Shown one piece after another: positions 1 to 11,300 of a stretch of 64,000 nt of DNA. Below the pieces are notes generated by a model that was not told the origin of the DNA, did not search any database, and saw only the letters and a program-made list of their open reading frames with translations. Location: assembly GCF_006345805.1 (NCBI RefSeq), contig NC_042997.1, forward strand, positions 135,036,001-135,100,000, given 5' to 3'. The translations under genes were made by a program, and so were the position numbers. Within the stretch, counting starts at the first letter, position 1. Every line of letters starts with the position of its first letter. This stretch comes from Octopus sinensis. Lineage: Eukaryota.

Positions 1-164
1 CTGGATCACCGCCTTTGGTCGAACAAATCTACACCAGAACTTATTCTTTGTAAGCCTAGTACTTATCCTATCGGTCTCTCTTGCTAAATCACTAAGTCAG
101 GGGGACGTAATCACACCAACATCGGTTGTCAAGCGATGGTGGGGGGACAAACACAGGCACACAA

Positions 165-241
<77 letters not shown>

Positions 242-361
242 TTTCTCCAGTTTCCGTCTACCAAATCCACTCACAAGGCTTTGGTCGGTCCGAAGCTATA
301 GTAGAAGACACTTACTCAGTCCGGAACCATGTGGGTCGGAGGTAAGTTTCTTACCACTCCT
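1..361 (-). mobile_element. tRNA-headed SINE (family B) with internal (CATA)n/(TA)n, truncated by the window edge
   Basis: The minus strand reads ggagtggtaagaaac...catggttccgg...aagtgtcttctactatagc...gtggatttggtagacggaaactg. The same head and body recur at 8865-9003, 24270-24700 and 62052-62452. Confidence 0.8.
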
Positions 362-365
362 GTGA

Positions 366-405
<40 letters not shown>

Positions 406-408
<3 letters not shown>

Positions 409-660
409 GGTCCCGGGTTGATTCGGGGTTAACCACAGTGAATAAGGTACTCAATACATAGCAGAGTAAAATTAATTTATTATATAGAAGGAGCTTCTAC
501 AGGACTAGAACTGTTTCATTCAAGAGAAATCTTCAGGAAGCTAGTTAACAAGAATTGTATTGGCATTTATACATTTAGGCAGGTTTAAAGGGGTGTTGGT
601 GGGGGGACTTTTTGGGGGTAGGCATAGCGCAAAATATCATACTTGGGGAGTGGTCAAGGA
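406..660 (-). mobile_element. Penelope-like terminal-repeat fragment carrying a hammerhead motif
   Basis: Contains the HHR at 492-542. Segment 478-547 is a perfect inverted copy of 1817-1886. The PLE assignment is inferred from the minimal HHR and the inverted partial copy. Confidence 0.55.
492..542 (-). ncRNA. Minimal type-I hammerhead ribozyme (CUGAAGA core, GUA site)
   Basis: Exact reverse complement of 1822-1872, with the same stems and core. Confidence 0.7.
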
Positions 661-774
661 GTCAGTGTTAAATTAGATAGAAGAAAAAAAATAAAAAAAT
701 AAAAAAATAAAAAAATCTATATATAAAAAAAGGGGAATAGAGTTTTAGGTAAATAAGGAGATTCTCACTTATAC

Positions 775-1119
775 CTATGCACACATGTATACATACATAC
801 ACACACATACAAACATATATACATATACATACACACACATATATATACATATATATACACTTACACATACATATACATATCTACACATACACATATATGT
901 ATACATACACACACTCACATGCATACACGTATACATACATGTATATATACACACACGACCACACATACATATACGCACAGAAAAATATATATACACATAC
1001 ACACACATACTCACATACACGCATACACACACATATCCACACACACAACCACACACAGCACACTAGTCCCTATATACACATATATACACATACACACACA
1101 TATACACACACATACATAT

Positions 1120-1163
<44 letters not shown>

Positions 1164-1215
1164 GTGTACCTATGCATACCTACACATACACACATATATA
1201 TACACATACAAATAC
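775..1215. repeat. Compound (CA)/(TA)/(CATA) microsatellite field
   Basis: Direct reading; explains the HT/YI/CV-rich ORFs in the track. Confidence 0.95.
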
Positions 1216-1499
1216 AGACCCATTCCCTAATTTTAATTTTATTATCTTCATTTATTACTTTTGTTATCTTTGGCCGCTTGGTCACAAACATCTTGGCTAT
1301 GACCTGGAAAACAAGCACTCATTCACTCACGCACACTCTTTAGCACGTACACTCACTCATTCGTACACTCATACACATACACGCACGCACGCGTTATATT
1401 CATACATACATACATCTACATACATTCACGTATATACACATACGTACGCGTACCTACAGATTCATGTCTACACTCTTAGAAGGCTAGTCTATATATATA

Positions 1500-1527
1500 C
1501 ACAATAATATAAATATAAATACACACA

Positions 1528-1586
<59 letters not shown>

Positions 1587-1596
1587 ATATATTCAC

Positions 1597-1627
<31 letters not shown>

Positions 1628-1781
1628 TACGCATACACACACATATACATATATATACACACATACACATACATACATATACACACATACACATACATAC
1701 GTATACATACATACATACATCCATACATCCATACATACATACATTTATACACATACACACACCCACATACATACATATATA

Positions 1782-1813
<32 letters not shown>

Positions 1814-1816
1814 ATA
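1500..1816. repeat. (TA)n/(CATA)n microsatellite field
   Basis: Direct reading. Confidence 0.95.
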
Positions 1817-1821
1817 TAACT

Positions 1822-1872
1822 AGCTTCCTGAAGATTTCTCTTGAATGAAACAGTTCTAGTCCTGTAGAAGCT
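1822..1872 (+). ncRNA. Minimal type-I hammerhead ribozyme (C3-G8 core)
   Basis: agcttc-CTGAAGA-t.ttc.tctt.gaa.t-GAAA-cag.ttctagtc.ctg-T-A-gaagct. Stem I is 6 bp, stem II is weak (3 bp), stem III is 4 bp. Predicted cleavage after A1866. Confidence 0.72.
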
Positions 1873-1903
1873 CCTTCTATATAATATATATATATATATA
1901 TAA

Positions 1904-2122
1904 AGGCGAGCTAGCAGAGTCGTTATCGCCCTGGGAAAAATATTTAGAGGCATTTACCCGAATTAACTTTCTGAGTTCAAAAGCTGCCGAGAGCGACGAC
2001 TTTGCCTTTCATCCTTCCTAGGTCGATAAGATAAGTACCAGTTAAACACAGGAGACGATGTAATCGAGTTAATCTCTTCCCCTCTACTTTGAAATTGCAG
2101 GCCTTGTGACAACATTTTAAAA
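1904..2122 (+). mobile_element. tRNA-headed SINE (family A)
   Basis: Head ggcgagctagcagagtcgtt, B-box-like gagttcaaa, central ctttgcctttcatcc...gataagtaccagtt and tail ggccttgtg are shared with more than 10 other copies in the window. Confidence 0.85.
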
Positions 2123-2691
2123 ATATAAATATATATATCCGTAAAAATCCAGGCTTGTGCACATGCATATGTATATATGTTCATAAGAAAACAAAAAGAT
2201 GACAACGAAAAGTAAATGCACAACGAACTCCATGAAAAGCTTGGCAACTTAAAGCCATTTGTATAACAATGAAAATCGACAGTCACTCTAATTAAGGTGC
2301 AAGTGACAAGCGCCCACACAAAAATCTTTTGATGACGTAGGAATACTATCCACCAATAGAAATGAATACTCTATTGGAGCTTCATTACAAATCGATAGCT
2401 TTTTATTTCTAATATGCACACAGTTGTTTCTCGATCGTTTCGAGTTACGCTAACATTTTCTTTTGTAATTTCTGTTTATCTCTCTCTCTCTTTCTCTCTC
2501 TCTCACTCTCTCTCTCCCTCTCTCTTTATATATATATGTATATATATATTTACACACACACATAATATAAAGATATGTATATACATATGTATACCTTTAC
2601 ACAGGTATACATATCTATCTATTTATCTGCTTTATTTGTCTGTCTGTCTTTCTATCTTTCTATTTATTCATTTATCTATCTATAGATAGAC

Positions 2692-2707
2692 AGACAGACA
2701 TACAGAC

Positions 2708-2782
<75 letters not shown>
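2692..2782. repeat. (GACA)n/(GATA)n microsatellite
   Basis: Direct reading. Confidence 0.95.
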
Positions 2783-2814
2783 ATGTTAGTCTGCATTTCC
2801 GTCGCGGATGAGAA

Positions 2815-2856
<42 letters not shown>

Positions 2857-2857
<1 letters not shown>

Positions 2858-3327
2858 CAATGAAAAATTGTAAAAATGCAGAATGCTCGATTGAAAGAAA
2901 ATTTTAATGAATTGAGAAAATGAAAAAATATAGAAGTATATATTTATTCAAACCGGTTTTCGTCATAGTTTGACTTATCCCATTGGATCCTAATACCTCA
3001 AGGTAATTTTTTCATGAACAATCATTAAACTCAAGATACCCAACAAACTCACAATGTATCGGAGTACTTATTTTTTAATTTTTATACATATTTACTACTA
3101 TTAATTTTTATACATATTTACTACTATTATTCTTTTGCAAAAAACAATGCAACTTTTTTTCCCCTTTCTCATTTTTAAAAAAACCTTTTCACCTAACTAT
3201 TCTTGATAAGTCAAACTATGACGAAAAGCGGTTTGAATAAATATATATTTCTATATTTTTTCATTTTCTCAATTCATTAAAATTTTCTTTCAATCGAGCA
3301 TTCTGCATTTTTACAATTTTTCATTGC
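2857..3327. repeat. Fold-back: 123-bp inverted arms (2857-2979 / 3205-3327) around a 225-bp spacer; PLE-like terminus
   Basis: The arms match as reverse complements with 2 mismatches by manual comparison. The spacer has a 26-bp tandem duplication (3076-3127). An HHR spans the spacer/right-arm junction. Confidence 0.9.
3198..3239 (+). ncRNA. Minimal type-I hammerhead ribozyme with U3-A8 core variant
   Basis: tattc-TTGATAA-gtca.aacta.tgac-GAAA-agcggt-T-T-gaata. Stem I is 5 bp, stem II is 4 bp with G10.1-C11.1, and helix III is short and near-palindromic (accggt in the inverted arm). Confidence 0.65.
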
Positions 3328-3373
3328 TTCTCATTTCTCCATGTGCGGTCAACACAACCTCACCATTTATTGA

Positions 3374-3431
<58 letters not shown>

Positions 3432-3435
<4 letters not shown>

Positions 3436-3497
3436 ATTTTGATTTTGATTTTTTAGTTTCAGCTCATGAGCTGTGGCCATGCTGGGGCACCGCCATT
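3432..3497 (-). mobile_element. SINE 3' end fragment with (ATCAAA)n tail
   Basis: gtggccatgctggggcaccgcc matches the family B 3' end seen at 24128-24150 and 62400-62425. Confidence 0.6.
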
Positions 3498-3524
3498 TAT
3501 ATATACATATTAATATATATATAT

Positions 3525-3581
<57 letters not shown>

Positions 3582-3599
3582 CATATGTATATACACATG

Positions 3600-3637
<38 letters not shown>

Positions 3638-4089
3638 TGTATATACACATGCATGCACATACTGATATATATATGCAAGTCCATACGATAGAGATATAAA
3701 CATGTCAAGTTTGCCTATTTCTCTTTAGATTTCAAAGATTTAAATGAATTGACTTTCGGCTCTTATCGGCGTCTCATCAGGAGTGTCTACATTACATGAC
3801 CAATCCCACATTAATAAGTATTCAGTCTATGTATACTCCTGAAATCTAATAGCTCCAGAAAACTGGGTTTAGTCATTTGTGTGTGTGCTATTTAATATAG
3901 CAAGTTAGTCTGTAGGAACGCAGTCCACATTGGATCAGGGCTTCTAAGGAGTGACTGTGTAGTAAGAAGCTTCGACTTATGAGATCGTCAAGACGTCGAA
4001 TTAGCTATGAAGTACGCTAGTCTTGTAAGAGTTACAAGCATTCTCGTGACAACCTGGGGACGAGAGCAAGCCTATATTAGTGTATCTGA

Positions 4090-4717
4090 AAAACAAGAAC
4101 TGGAATATAAGACTTACGTCTCTCAGAAGAGGGGATTATATATTGAACAGTTACGTCTTATGTCCTTCATCAATGCAGAAGATAAACTGTTTTATAAAGT
4201 GCTGACAAGATAAATGTCAAACGTTCAAGCACTGAATGAAGTCAGATATATTTCAATTCCTTAGCCGGTATTTGATATGGCTAAGATGCCTTGAGTTCAT
4301 CCTGATGATTTCGAGCTTCTTTTAGCTAGGTAAGGAATGAAGAAAGGAGCCTCAAGTTCATTTTCGTTCGCAGGACAAAGGCAAAGATATCCATTTCGCA
4401 TGCACGGGATCGTAAAACATATAATTTAATTCTATTCTAGGATATGTCGAATAACTTCACAGCAGTACCTAGATTCAGTATTTACGCGGTTTATTACTAA
4501 GGACTTCATGCATACTAGATGGGATCGAAGTCAGGCACTGGAACTTGATTTTTCACTCTTAATTCTAAAAAAAACTGTAGTGGAGTATACATCGAAAAGA
4601 GGAAGAAAACTTGTACTTTTAGAAACGTATGAATTGATAGGTGACATAACGGCTATAGTGGGAACCAAAATAGAAGCAGAATTTTTAAGTAATACTACAT
4701 CACATTTACCAGAATGA
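4090..4717 (+). pseudogene. Highly degenerate RT fragment of a restriction-like-endonuclease non-LTR retrotransposon (HERO/NeSL-like)
   Basis: Motifs occur in the expected order: IEQLRLMSFINAEDKLFYKVLTR (cf. EQFRxISLLNVEGKIFF), CLEFILMI (cf. GCLEHT), RFITKDFxxTRW (cf. RFxTxDxTTxW), LIGDITAI (cf. FMDDxT). Stops and frameshifts are present. Confidence 0.55.
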
Positions 4718-5049
4718 GAAACCATTATCTGTGGCAGAATTCTGCTGAAAATATTTTGAAACATGTCAAATCTCCTGAATAGATAAATCACGCTTACTAG
4801 TTTTCAATGTTTTTGGAGTTTAATTTAATCTAAATATCTGAATCTGTGAAAATACGCGACATTTTATTAGCTTTCCCCATTACTTACTTTGTCAGACACA
4901 AGTAATTCTGTATATTGTCAATTTCAATTTCAGTGGAACCAATAAAACAGTGATACGTAAGCAGTGTCTTTATTGAGTAGTATACTGTACTACTGAATAT
5001 ATAAATTTTTCGTTAACACTCTGTAGATAGGATATAAACAACTTGACAT

Positions 5050-5295
<246 letters not shown>

Positions 5296-6132
5296 TAATA
5301 CGGTTAATATTTCTTACAGAGATATTTTGTGTGAGAATAGTTGATTGTGTAGATATTTGGTATGTGACACGTACTTCGTATTTATCTACAGAGGCTGTTG
5401 TGACACAGATATGATATGGTTAATATTAACTATGATTAAGTAAGTATATCTTTGTGGGCTGAGATTGTATTCCAGTTTCAGTTCCTATTTGCAAACACCC
5501 GCCTTCACCTACACCATTAAGGGAGGCAAGGTGGAAGAGTTGATACGTTGCCATATAGAATGCCTTGCATTCTTGGTTACGGTAGAAGCTGGGTAGCTAC
5601 ACCCCCAAATGATTTGGAATTTGAAGACTTGTATTTATGACATAAATTAATTTGCATTAATTAGTCATTTAGCTTTTATTACTATCAATAACGACGTGAG
5701 CAAATCTTCCATGGACTATAACATGTGCCCCAAAATTATTTTAAAAGCCTTATCAAGAACAACTCCAAACATAGCTGTTTTAACAACATCATTAGCAGAA
5801 ATAGCAATGTTTGCAGCGGCAGCTGACCGAATGATATTTATTGCATCACTAATATAGTTGTAGCCCCAGCATCATTAGCATGATTGTAATTAGTATCATC
5901 GTTAATATAGACAAATTTAGTAACTTTTAAGATGGTTGTAGTGTGCTTGACAGTCGCATCTAGTCATATTCGGATGTATAATCGCTAAAATTCGCTGTTA
6001 GGATGCTGGACAAGGTACCGCCCATCTTAAATAAGTGCCGACGCATTAGCCAATGTATGTTTATTAACTAATTAGGCAAAATAGCCACGGCTGGTATTAA
6101 TCAACGAAGAACATAAATAAATGTTACCAACA

Positions 6133-6280
6133 CATGGGCGAAGTGGGCACTAGTGTGATTAAAAAGTTCAACTCGCAACCACATAGTTTCGGGTTCAGTC
6201 ACTCTACGCCGCACCTACGGCAGATGTTTTAGTGTCTGCCACTCTAGTCTTGGGTTGAATGTAGGATATGGGTTCATTGT
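6133..6280 (+). mobile_element. Degenerate family B SINE head
   Basis: gcaaccacatagtttcgggttcagtcactctacg resembles catggttgcggattcagtcccactg at 62097-62121. Confidence 0.5.
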
Positions 6281-6345
6281 GGGTTTAAGAAGAATAGAAA
6301 CAACAATCACAGTGACAGGTGCATAGAATAATCCCCGAAAGACAT

Positions 6346-6542
6346 AATTCTTTCTACTATAGGCGCAAGGCCTGAAATTTTAAGGGAAGGAAAAGGTCGA
6401 TTACATCGACCCCCCAGTACTTGACTGATATTTATCTCATCGACCCCGAAAAGGTAAAAAGCAAAGCCGACATCGGCTGAATTTGATCTAATTTGATCTC
6501 AGAACCTAGAGAGGGACGAAACGCTAGCGATTCTGCCAGCCT
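6346..6542 (-). mobile_element. Family A SINE
   Basis: tttctactataggcgcaaggcctgaaatttt...tcgattacatcgacccccagtac...cgattctgccagc. Confidence 0.8.
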
Positions 6543-6562
6543 GGTACCATACCAAGAACTTA

Positions 6563-6743
6563 AATAATGTTTTCAAATTTTGACACAAGGCCAGCAAGTT
6601 AGCGTGAGGGCATAACACGATTAAATCAACCCCAGTGGTCATTTGGTGGTATTTTATTGACTCCGAAAGAATAAAAAATCAAAGTCGATCTCGGTGAGAC
6701 ATGGATTCAGAACGCAGAGACGATTCTATCAGCTAGCCGACTT
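6563..6743 (-). mobile_element. Family A SINE (older, tandem to the previous copy)
   Basis: ttcaaattttgacacaaggccagc...aaagtcgatctcgg...cgattctatcagct. Confidence 0.7.
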
Positions 6744-7848
6744 AGTAAGAACGTAAATGATATATAGTCACTATTTGCTGTCGGAAGTAAAATATACAGA
6801 TTAATGTGTGCTTGTGTGTGCTTGTGTGTGTGTGTGTGTTTGTATGTGTGTGTGTGTGTGTGTATGTGCGTGCGTGCGTATGTGCATGTGTGAGCGTGTG
6901 TGTGTGTAGTTGACAGAAGAAGCGGAAGACAGATTTAGTACGATAATCGTTCCGACACATCCTGCACCTGTCCGTAGGATATTGTGCATCTGGCTGCGTT
7001 GCATCAATCAATGCAGGCTGTTTCATTTCAGCTGCTTGGTGTAGAAACCATCCCACTAGATACACTGAGATCTCCTTGACATATTGTTCAAGCTAGTTGT
7101 ACATTGGTTGGGACACTGACAGAACGTTACCGGCGACTGGGGCTGGCTATAGTCAACCGTGAATATATAACATAAATTTAGATCGTAGATGATAGAGAAT
7201 AAAATCTGTCGAAGAAAGTTAAAATTAAGAGGCATGGGTATACACACTTTGATATGAACATATATATAGACGTACACACAAACGCACACACAAGTACGCA
7301 CGCGTGTCGCCAATTGGATATAATTTCATGTGGTTATAATCTATCAAGATGGTTTTATTAGTGGCAGAAATTTAGCTGTTATATCGCGTCTTCCTGGTTA
7401 TTAGATACCCAGTCATTCATAGATGACTGGTTGTTAGAATGTTCGTTTGGTGGACACGCACACACGTGCACAACTATTTGTCCATACACATAGACGCACA
7501 CTTATGTACATATTTATATTTTTTATTCTTTTTAATTTTTCTTTTAATCGGCACAGTAATCTGTACGAACCCATTAACATATTTTTATATGCATAAATAT
7601 TTATATAGGTGTCGAAATAATCGTCGTGTTGAATAAAGATTCGTACGAAATCCATCTACCGTTACCTTTATCAACTATAAACTGAACAAACACTGTGGAT
7701 TTCCTCACGTAGATTTAGTGAAAATCGTTACTGTGGGTAACATCAGGTAGCCTAAACGGTGAATGTACTTAATCGACATACTAATAGATATATACTCAGT
7801 CAAAATACTTACTTACTTACTTATATATATATATATATATATACATTG

Positions 7849-7944
7849 AAAGAGAGAGAGAGAGAGTCAGACAGACAGACAGAAAGACAGAAAGACAGAC
7901 AGAAAGACAGACAGGCAGACAGACAGACATACAGATAGACAGAC

Positions 7945-8041
<97 letters not shown>
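7849..8041. repeat. (GA)n-(GACA)n-(GATA)n microsatellite
   Basis: Direct reading. Confidence 0.95.
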
Positions 8042-8318
8042 TGGAAAGAAAGCGCTTTTCGAGGAATTTGTTTGAAGCAAAAGTGGAAGCGAACCATTGA
8101 ATCTACTTCGAGAGAGAACTAGTATTGAATTAAGTCGTGAAGTATGAAATTTGTATTAAGGTATATGATAAACTTTGACAGCTGCTCATTTTGCGCCATA
8201 ATTATATTTTGACAATCTGTATTTTTTGTTAGAAAGATGACACATCTATTTCTTTATTTTAACTAATTTTGCGCTTTATAAATTATTTATAAATTGCTTT
8301 TTGCTAATTTGTTTAGAG

Positions 8319-8458
8319 ATGGATAAGTCGGAAATTCGTACAGTTTTGAAGTATGAGTTCTTTCTTGGAAATACAGCATCACAGATAGTTCGGAATATTA
8401 TTGGAGTATTTAATTCTAATGTTATTACACAGTAGACAGTATCAACTTTTGCCTGAGG
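8319..8458 (+). pseudogene. Mariner transposase N-terminal fragment
   Basis: MDKSEIRTVLKYEFFLGNTASQIVRNIIGVFNSNVITQ*TVS resembles the mariner N-terminal HTH start (MDKxxIRxxxxxEFxxGxxAxxxxRNI). Confidence 0.7.
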
Positions 8459-8801
8459 AAACACAACTACAACTCATTATGCAAACAATGGTGATTTCTC
8501 CGACTTCGAAATTGTTAAAAGTTTTGGTTGAAAATTTATTTTTACTGATATTCGCTGGTGCCTCTGGAAAAAATAAGGTGATGAAATTACAGCTAGGATC
8601 ATGACGAATGTCCTCCTAAAATTGGAGCGACATGCGTGTTAATTTGCGGACGTGCATAAATTAGATTCACGTACACACACACACACACACATACACACAC
8701 ATCCTGTCCTTTATATATATACATATATATATATATACATACATACATATATATATACATACATACATGCATATATACATACATATATATATATATATTA
8801 T

Positions 8802-8848
<47 letters not shown>

Positions 8849-8864
8849 CCACACAACATGCTTC

Positions 8865-9003
8865 TCTCATTTTCCATCGACCAAATCCACACACAAGACT
8901 TTGGTTTTCCTTGGGCTATTGTAAAAGATAACTAGGCCAATGTTTTGCATTGTGAAACTGAACCAAAGACAACAATATTTGGTATCAAGCTTCTCAGCCC
9001 CAC
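8865..9003 (-). mobile_element. Family B SINE head fragment
   Basis: ttttccatcgaccaaatccacacacaagactttgg...actgaacc...aagcttct. Confidence 0.65.
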
Positions 9004-9679
9004 ATCTATACGTGGGCGACACTGATGTTTATCTCTCATTGCTTTACAATCGGTATCGTGTTGTTTAATTCCAGTAACTTAGTAGTTCAGCATCATAGAG
9101 AGTTAATGTAACACGTTTAAGAATCAGTACTGTTGTCGATTTGGTCTACTAAACTCTACAGCCGTGTGCCCCAACATCAAGCAAAAGAATTAAAGCATAT
9201 TTTGAAGCATGCAATCAAGGTCATAAACTATTAAGTGCTGGGAATACAAGTAGTTATTGTTAATACGGGTTACCATTCTGCCGCACTGGTATACTCATAA
9301 ACGTATATACGCAATAAGTGTACACATTTGCGCATGCACATGTAACATTCACATGTAGCATGTAACAATAGTAGGAAAGTCACTTGTGAAGAGTAATTAC
9401 AATTGCCTAAACAATTACAGCACCAAGAGTTGCTTTGTGTCAGTTTTACATTCAAAAGGTAACAATGATTAATTCCCACAGTAACTGGATGACGTTTTAG
9501 TATTAATGTTAATATGAGCAAAGTGGTTTTTGTTTTCTGCTCTTTTTTTTTTACCTGCGACATGAACAGCAGCGATATTAGCAGTAAGCTTTGGCAGATA
9601 TGGTGTTTGTTTAAACAAGGTTACATAGAATAAGCGACGTTAGTACTCAAGCGATAAATTTTCATTGTGAAGTAGCTTT

Positions 9680-9703
9680 CTAGTAGTAGTAGAAGTAGTA
9701 GTA

Positions 9704-9752
<49 letters not shown>

Positions 9753-9886
9753 CAGCAGCAGCAGCAATTTCAGCAGGTTCTATTGGTGGCTGTAGTGGCG
9801 GTGGTGGTGGCGGGGTGGTGGTGGTGGTGGTTGTGGTGGTAGCGGTGGTGGTGGTGGTGGTGGTTGTGGTGGTAGCGGTGGTGGTG
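9680..9886. repeat. (TAG)n-(CAG)n-(GGT)n trinucleotide tracts
   Basis: Direct reading; source of the poly-His ORF 9770-9979. Confidence 0.9.
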
Positions 9887-10117
9887 AAGAAATTTATATT
9901 TCACTCTTTTATTCTTTGGTTCTTGTGTGCCCGGATATGCATGACCCTTTTGAGTCGTTAGTACCTGACCACTGTACACCTCTACGTTACTCTTTTCCTG
10001 ACCGTTACCAGCACTAAGTTGGTCAATTTAACTTACGGCTCTTACTGACTTGCTCTAAGTATTGTTCACACTACTATTGCTGTTGCTAAATATACCGATA
10101 TTGATAACCACAGCGAA

Positions 10118-10305
10118 GGAGGCGCAATGGCCCAGTGGTTAGAGTAGCGGACTCGCGGTCGCAAGAACGCGGTTTCGATTCCCAGACCGGGCATTGTGAG
10201 TGTTTATTGAGCAAAAACACCTAGGCTCCGGCGGGAAGGGGGTAGTGGTGAATCCCTCTGTACTCTTTCACCACTACTTTCACTCAATCCTTCTTCCTAC
10301 TTCTG
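10118..10305 (+). mobile_element. tRNA-headed SINE (family C), 3'-truncated
   Basis: A box TGGCCCAGTGG (10128-10138) and B box GGTTTCGATTCCC (about 10171-10183), followed by a non-tRNA body. Confidence 0.8.
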
Positions 10306-10309
10306 ACAC

Positions 10310-10583
10310 AAAGCAGAGGAACCATGGTGTAACCCACTATGGTGTGGTAAACTTTCAGACCCTAGTCTAGATTGCGAATCCTCTGTACACCGTTAAAAGC
10401 CACCGTTTACGGAATGAGGATAAAAACGTAGCTTTCGCGCCCGTGCAACCGCCAGTCTATCGCGTGTGGTGGGTGGATCTTCAAGTTGCTGCACGCATTC
10501 TTAGTAGCTTAGCGTAGGCTCGAATTAGAGATTATTCTAATGGCGTGAGTCCTGATTAGAAGAAGAAGAAGAAAAAGAAGAAG
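10310..10583 (+). mobile_element. Probable LINE 3' end with (AGA)n tail
   Basis: A GC-richer unique segment ends directly in (AGA)n. No protein motif recognised. Confidence 0.3.
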
Positions 10584-11210
10584 ACATCAGCGGACGTGAT
10601 AGTAGCAGTTTCGGTACCCATGGTGTCAGATGCAATTGCCTTTATTAAACTAATTCCGATTTCTGACACAGATTTTTGTATAAGTAGAACTACTAGTGGC
10701 AATAGGTTCTTCGGCACTTCGAATCATGTAGGTTATTGTTGTAGCTATGGTTTTGAGTGGTTGTAGTGGTGGTGGTCAGATTTTGGGTGATGTTTCTGCC
10801 TACTACAGCCAGTGATCATGTTGGCCGTGTTACCTACGTTGTTACTGTCAATCTCTTACTTGTTTAACTACAGAAGGAAAGCTGTCTTTCACCGAAATAA
10901 AAGTTTTCATTCCTTTTCCTCTAGTTCTAATTATCTGTTTTTTTTTACGTCATCTTCTCTGCTTTACTCCGTATTTTCACACGGCAGTATTTGTAAAATT
11001 TCATTTAGAAAATATTGTATTAAAAAATCCGTTTTTGAATCATGTTTTTTTTTCTTTCAAAACTAATGACCATTGCTCTCACAATCAATTACGCAAAAAC
11101 TTACTCAACAAATACCTGAAAATATCAAGACTTTAAGAATCGTTTGTCTTCTAACTCAACGACTTTAGTATAACATGCCTTGTATAACAATAAAAACAAC
11201 AATAATAATA

Positions 11211-11300
11211 ATAATCGTTTCTACTAAAGACACAAGGCCTGAAATTTTGGGGGAGGGGCTATTCCATTACGTCGACCCCAGTACGTAACTGGTATTTATT
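11211..11300 (-). mobile_element. Family A SINE 3' fragment
   Basis: tttctactaaagacacaaggcctgaaattttggggg...gtcgaccccagtacgtaactggt. Confidence 0.75.

Noticed and set aside
92-1953. Numerous ORFs rich in YI/HT/CV dipeptides (here and throughout the window)
   Set aside because: They are translations of (TA)n, (CA)n and (CATA)n microsatellites, which lack stops in some frames.
10118-10190. Possible tRNA-Arg gene
   Set aside because: A and B boxes are present but there is no complete cloverleaf, and it continues into a SINE body.
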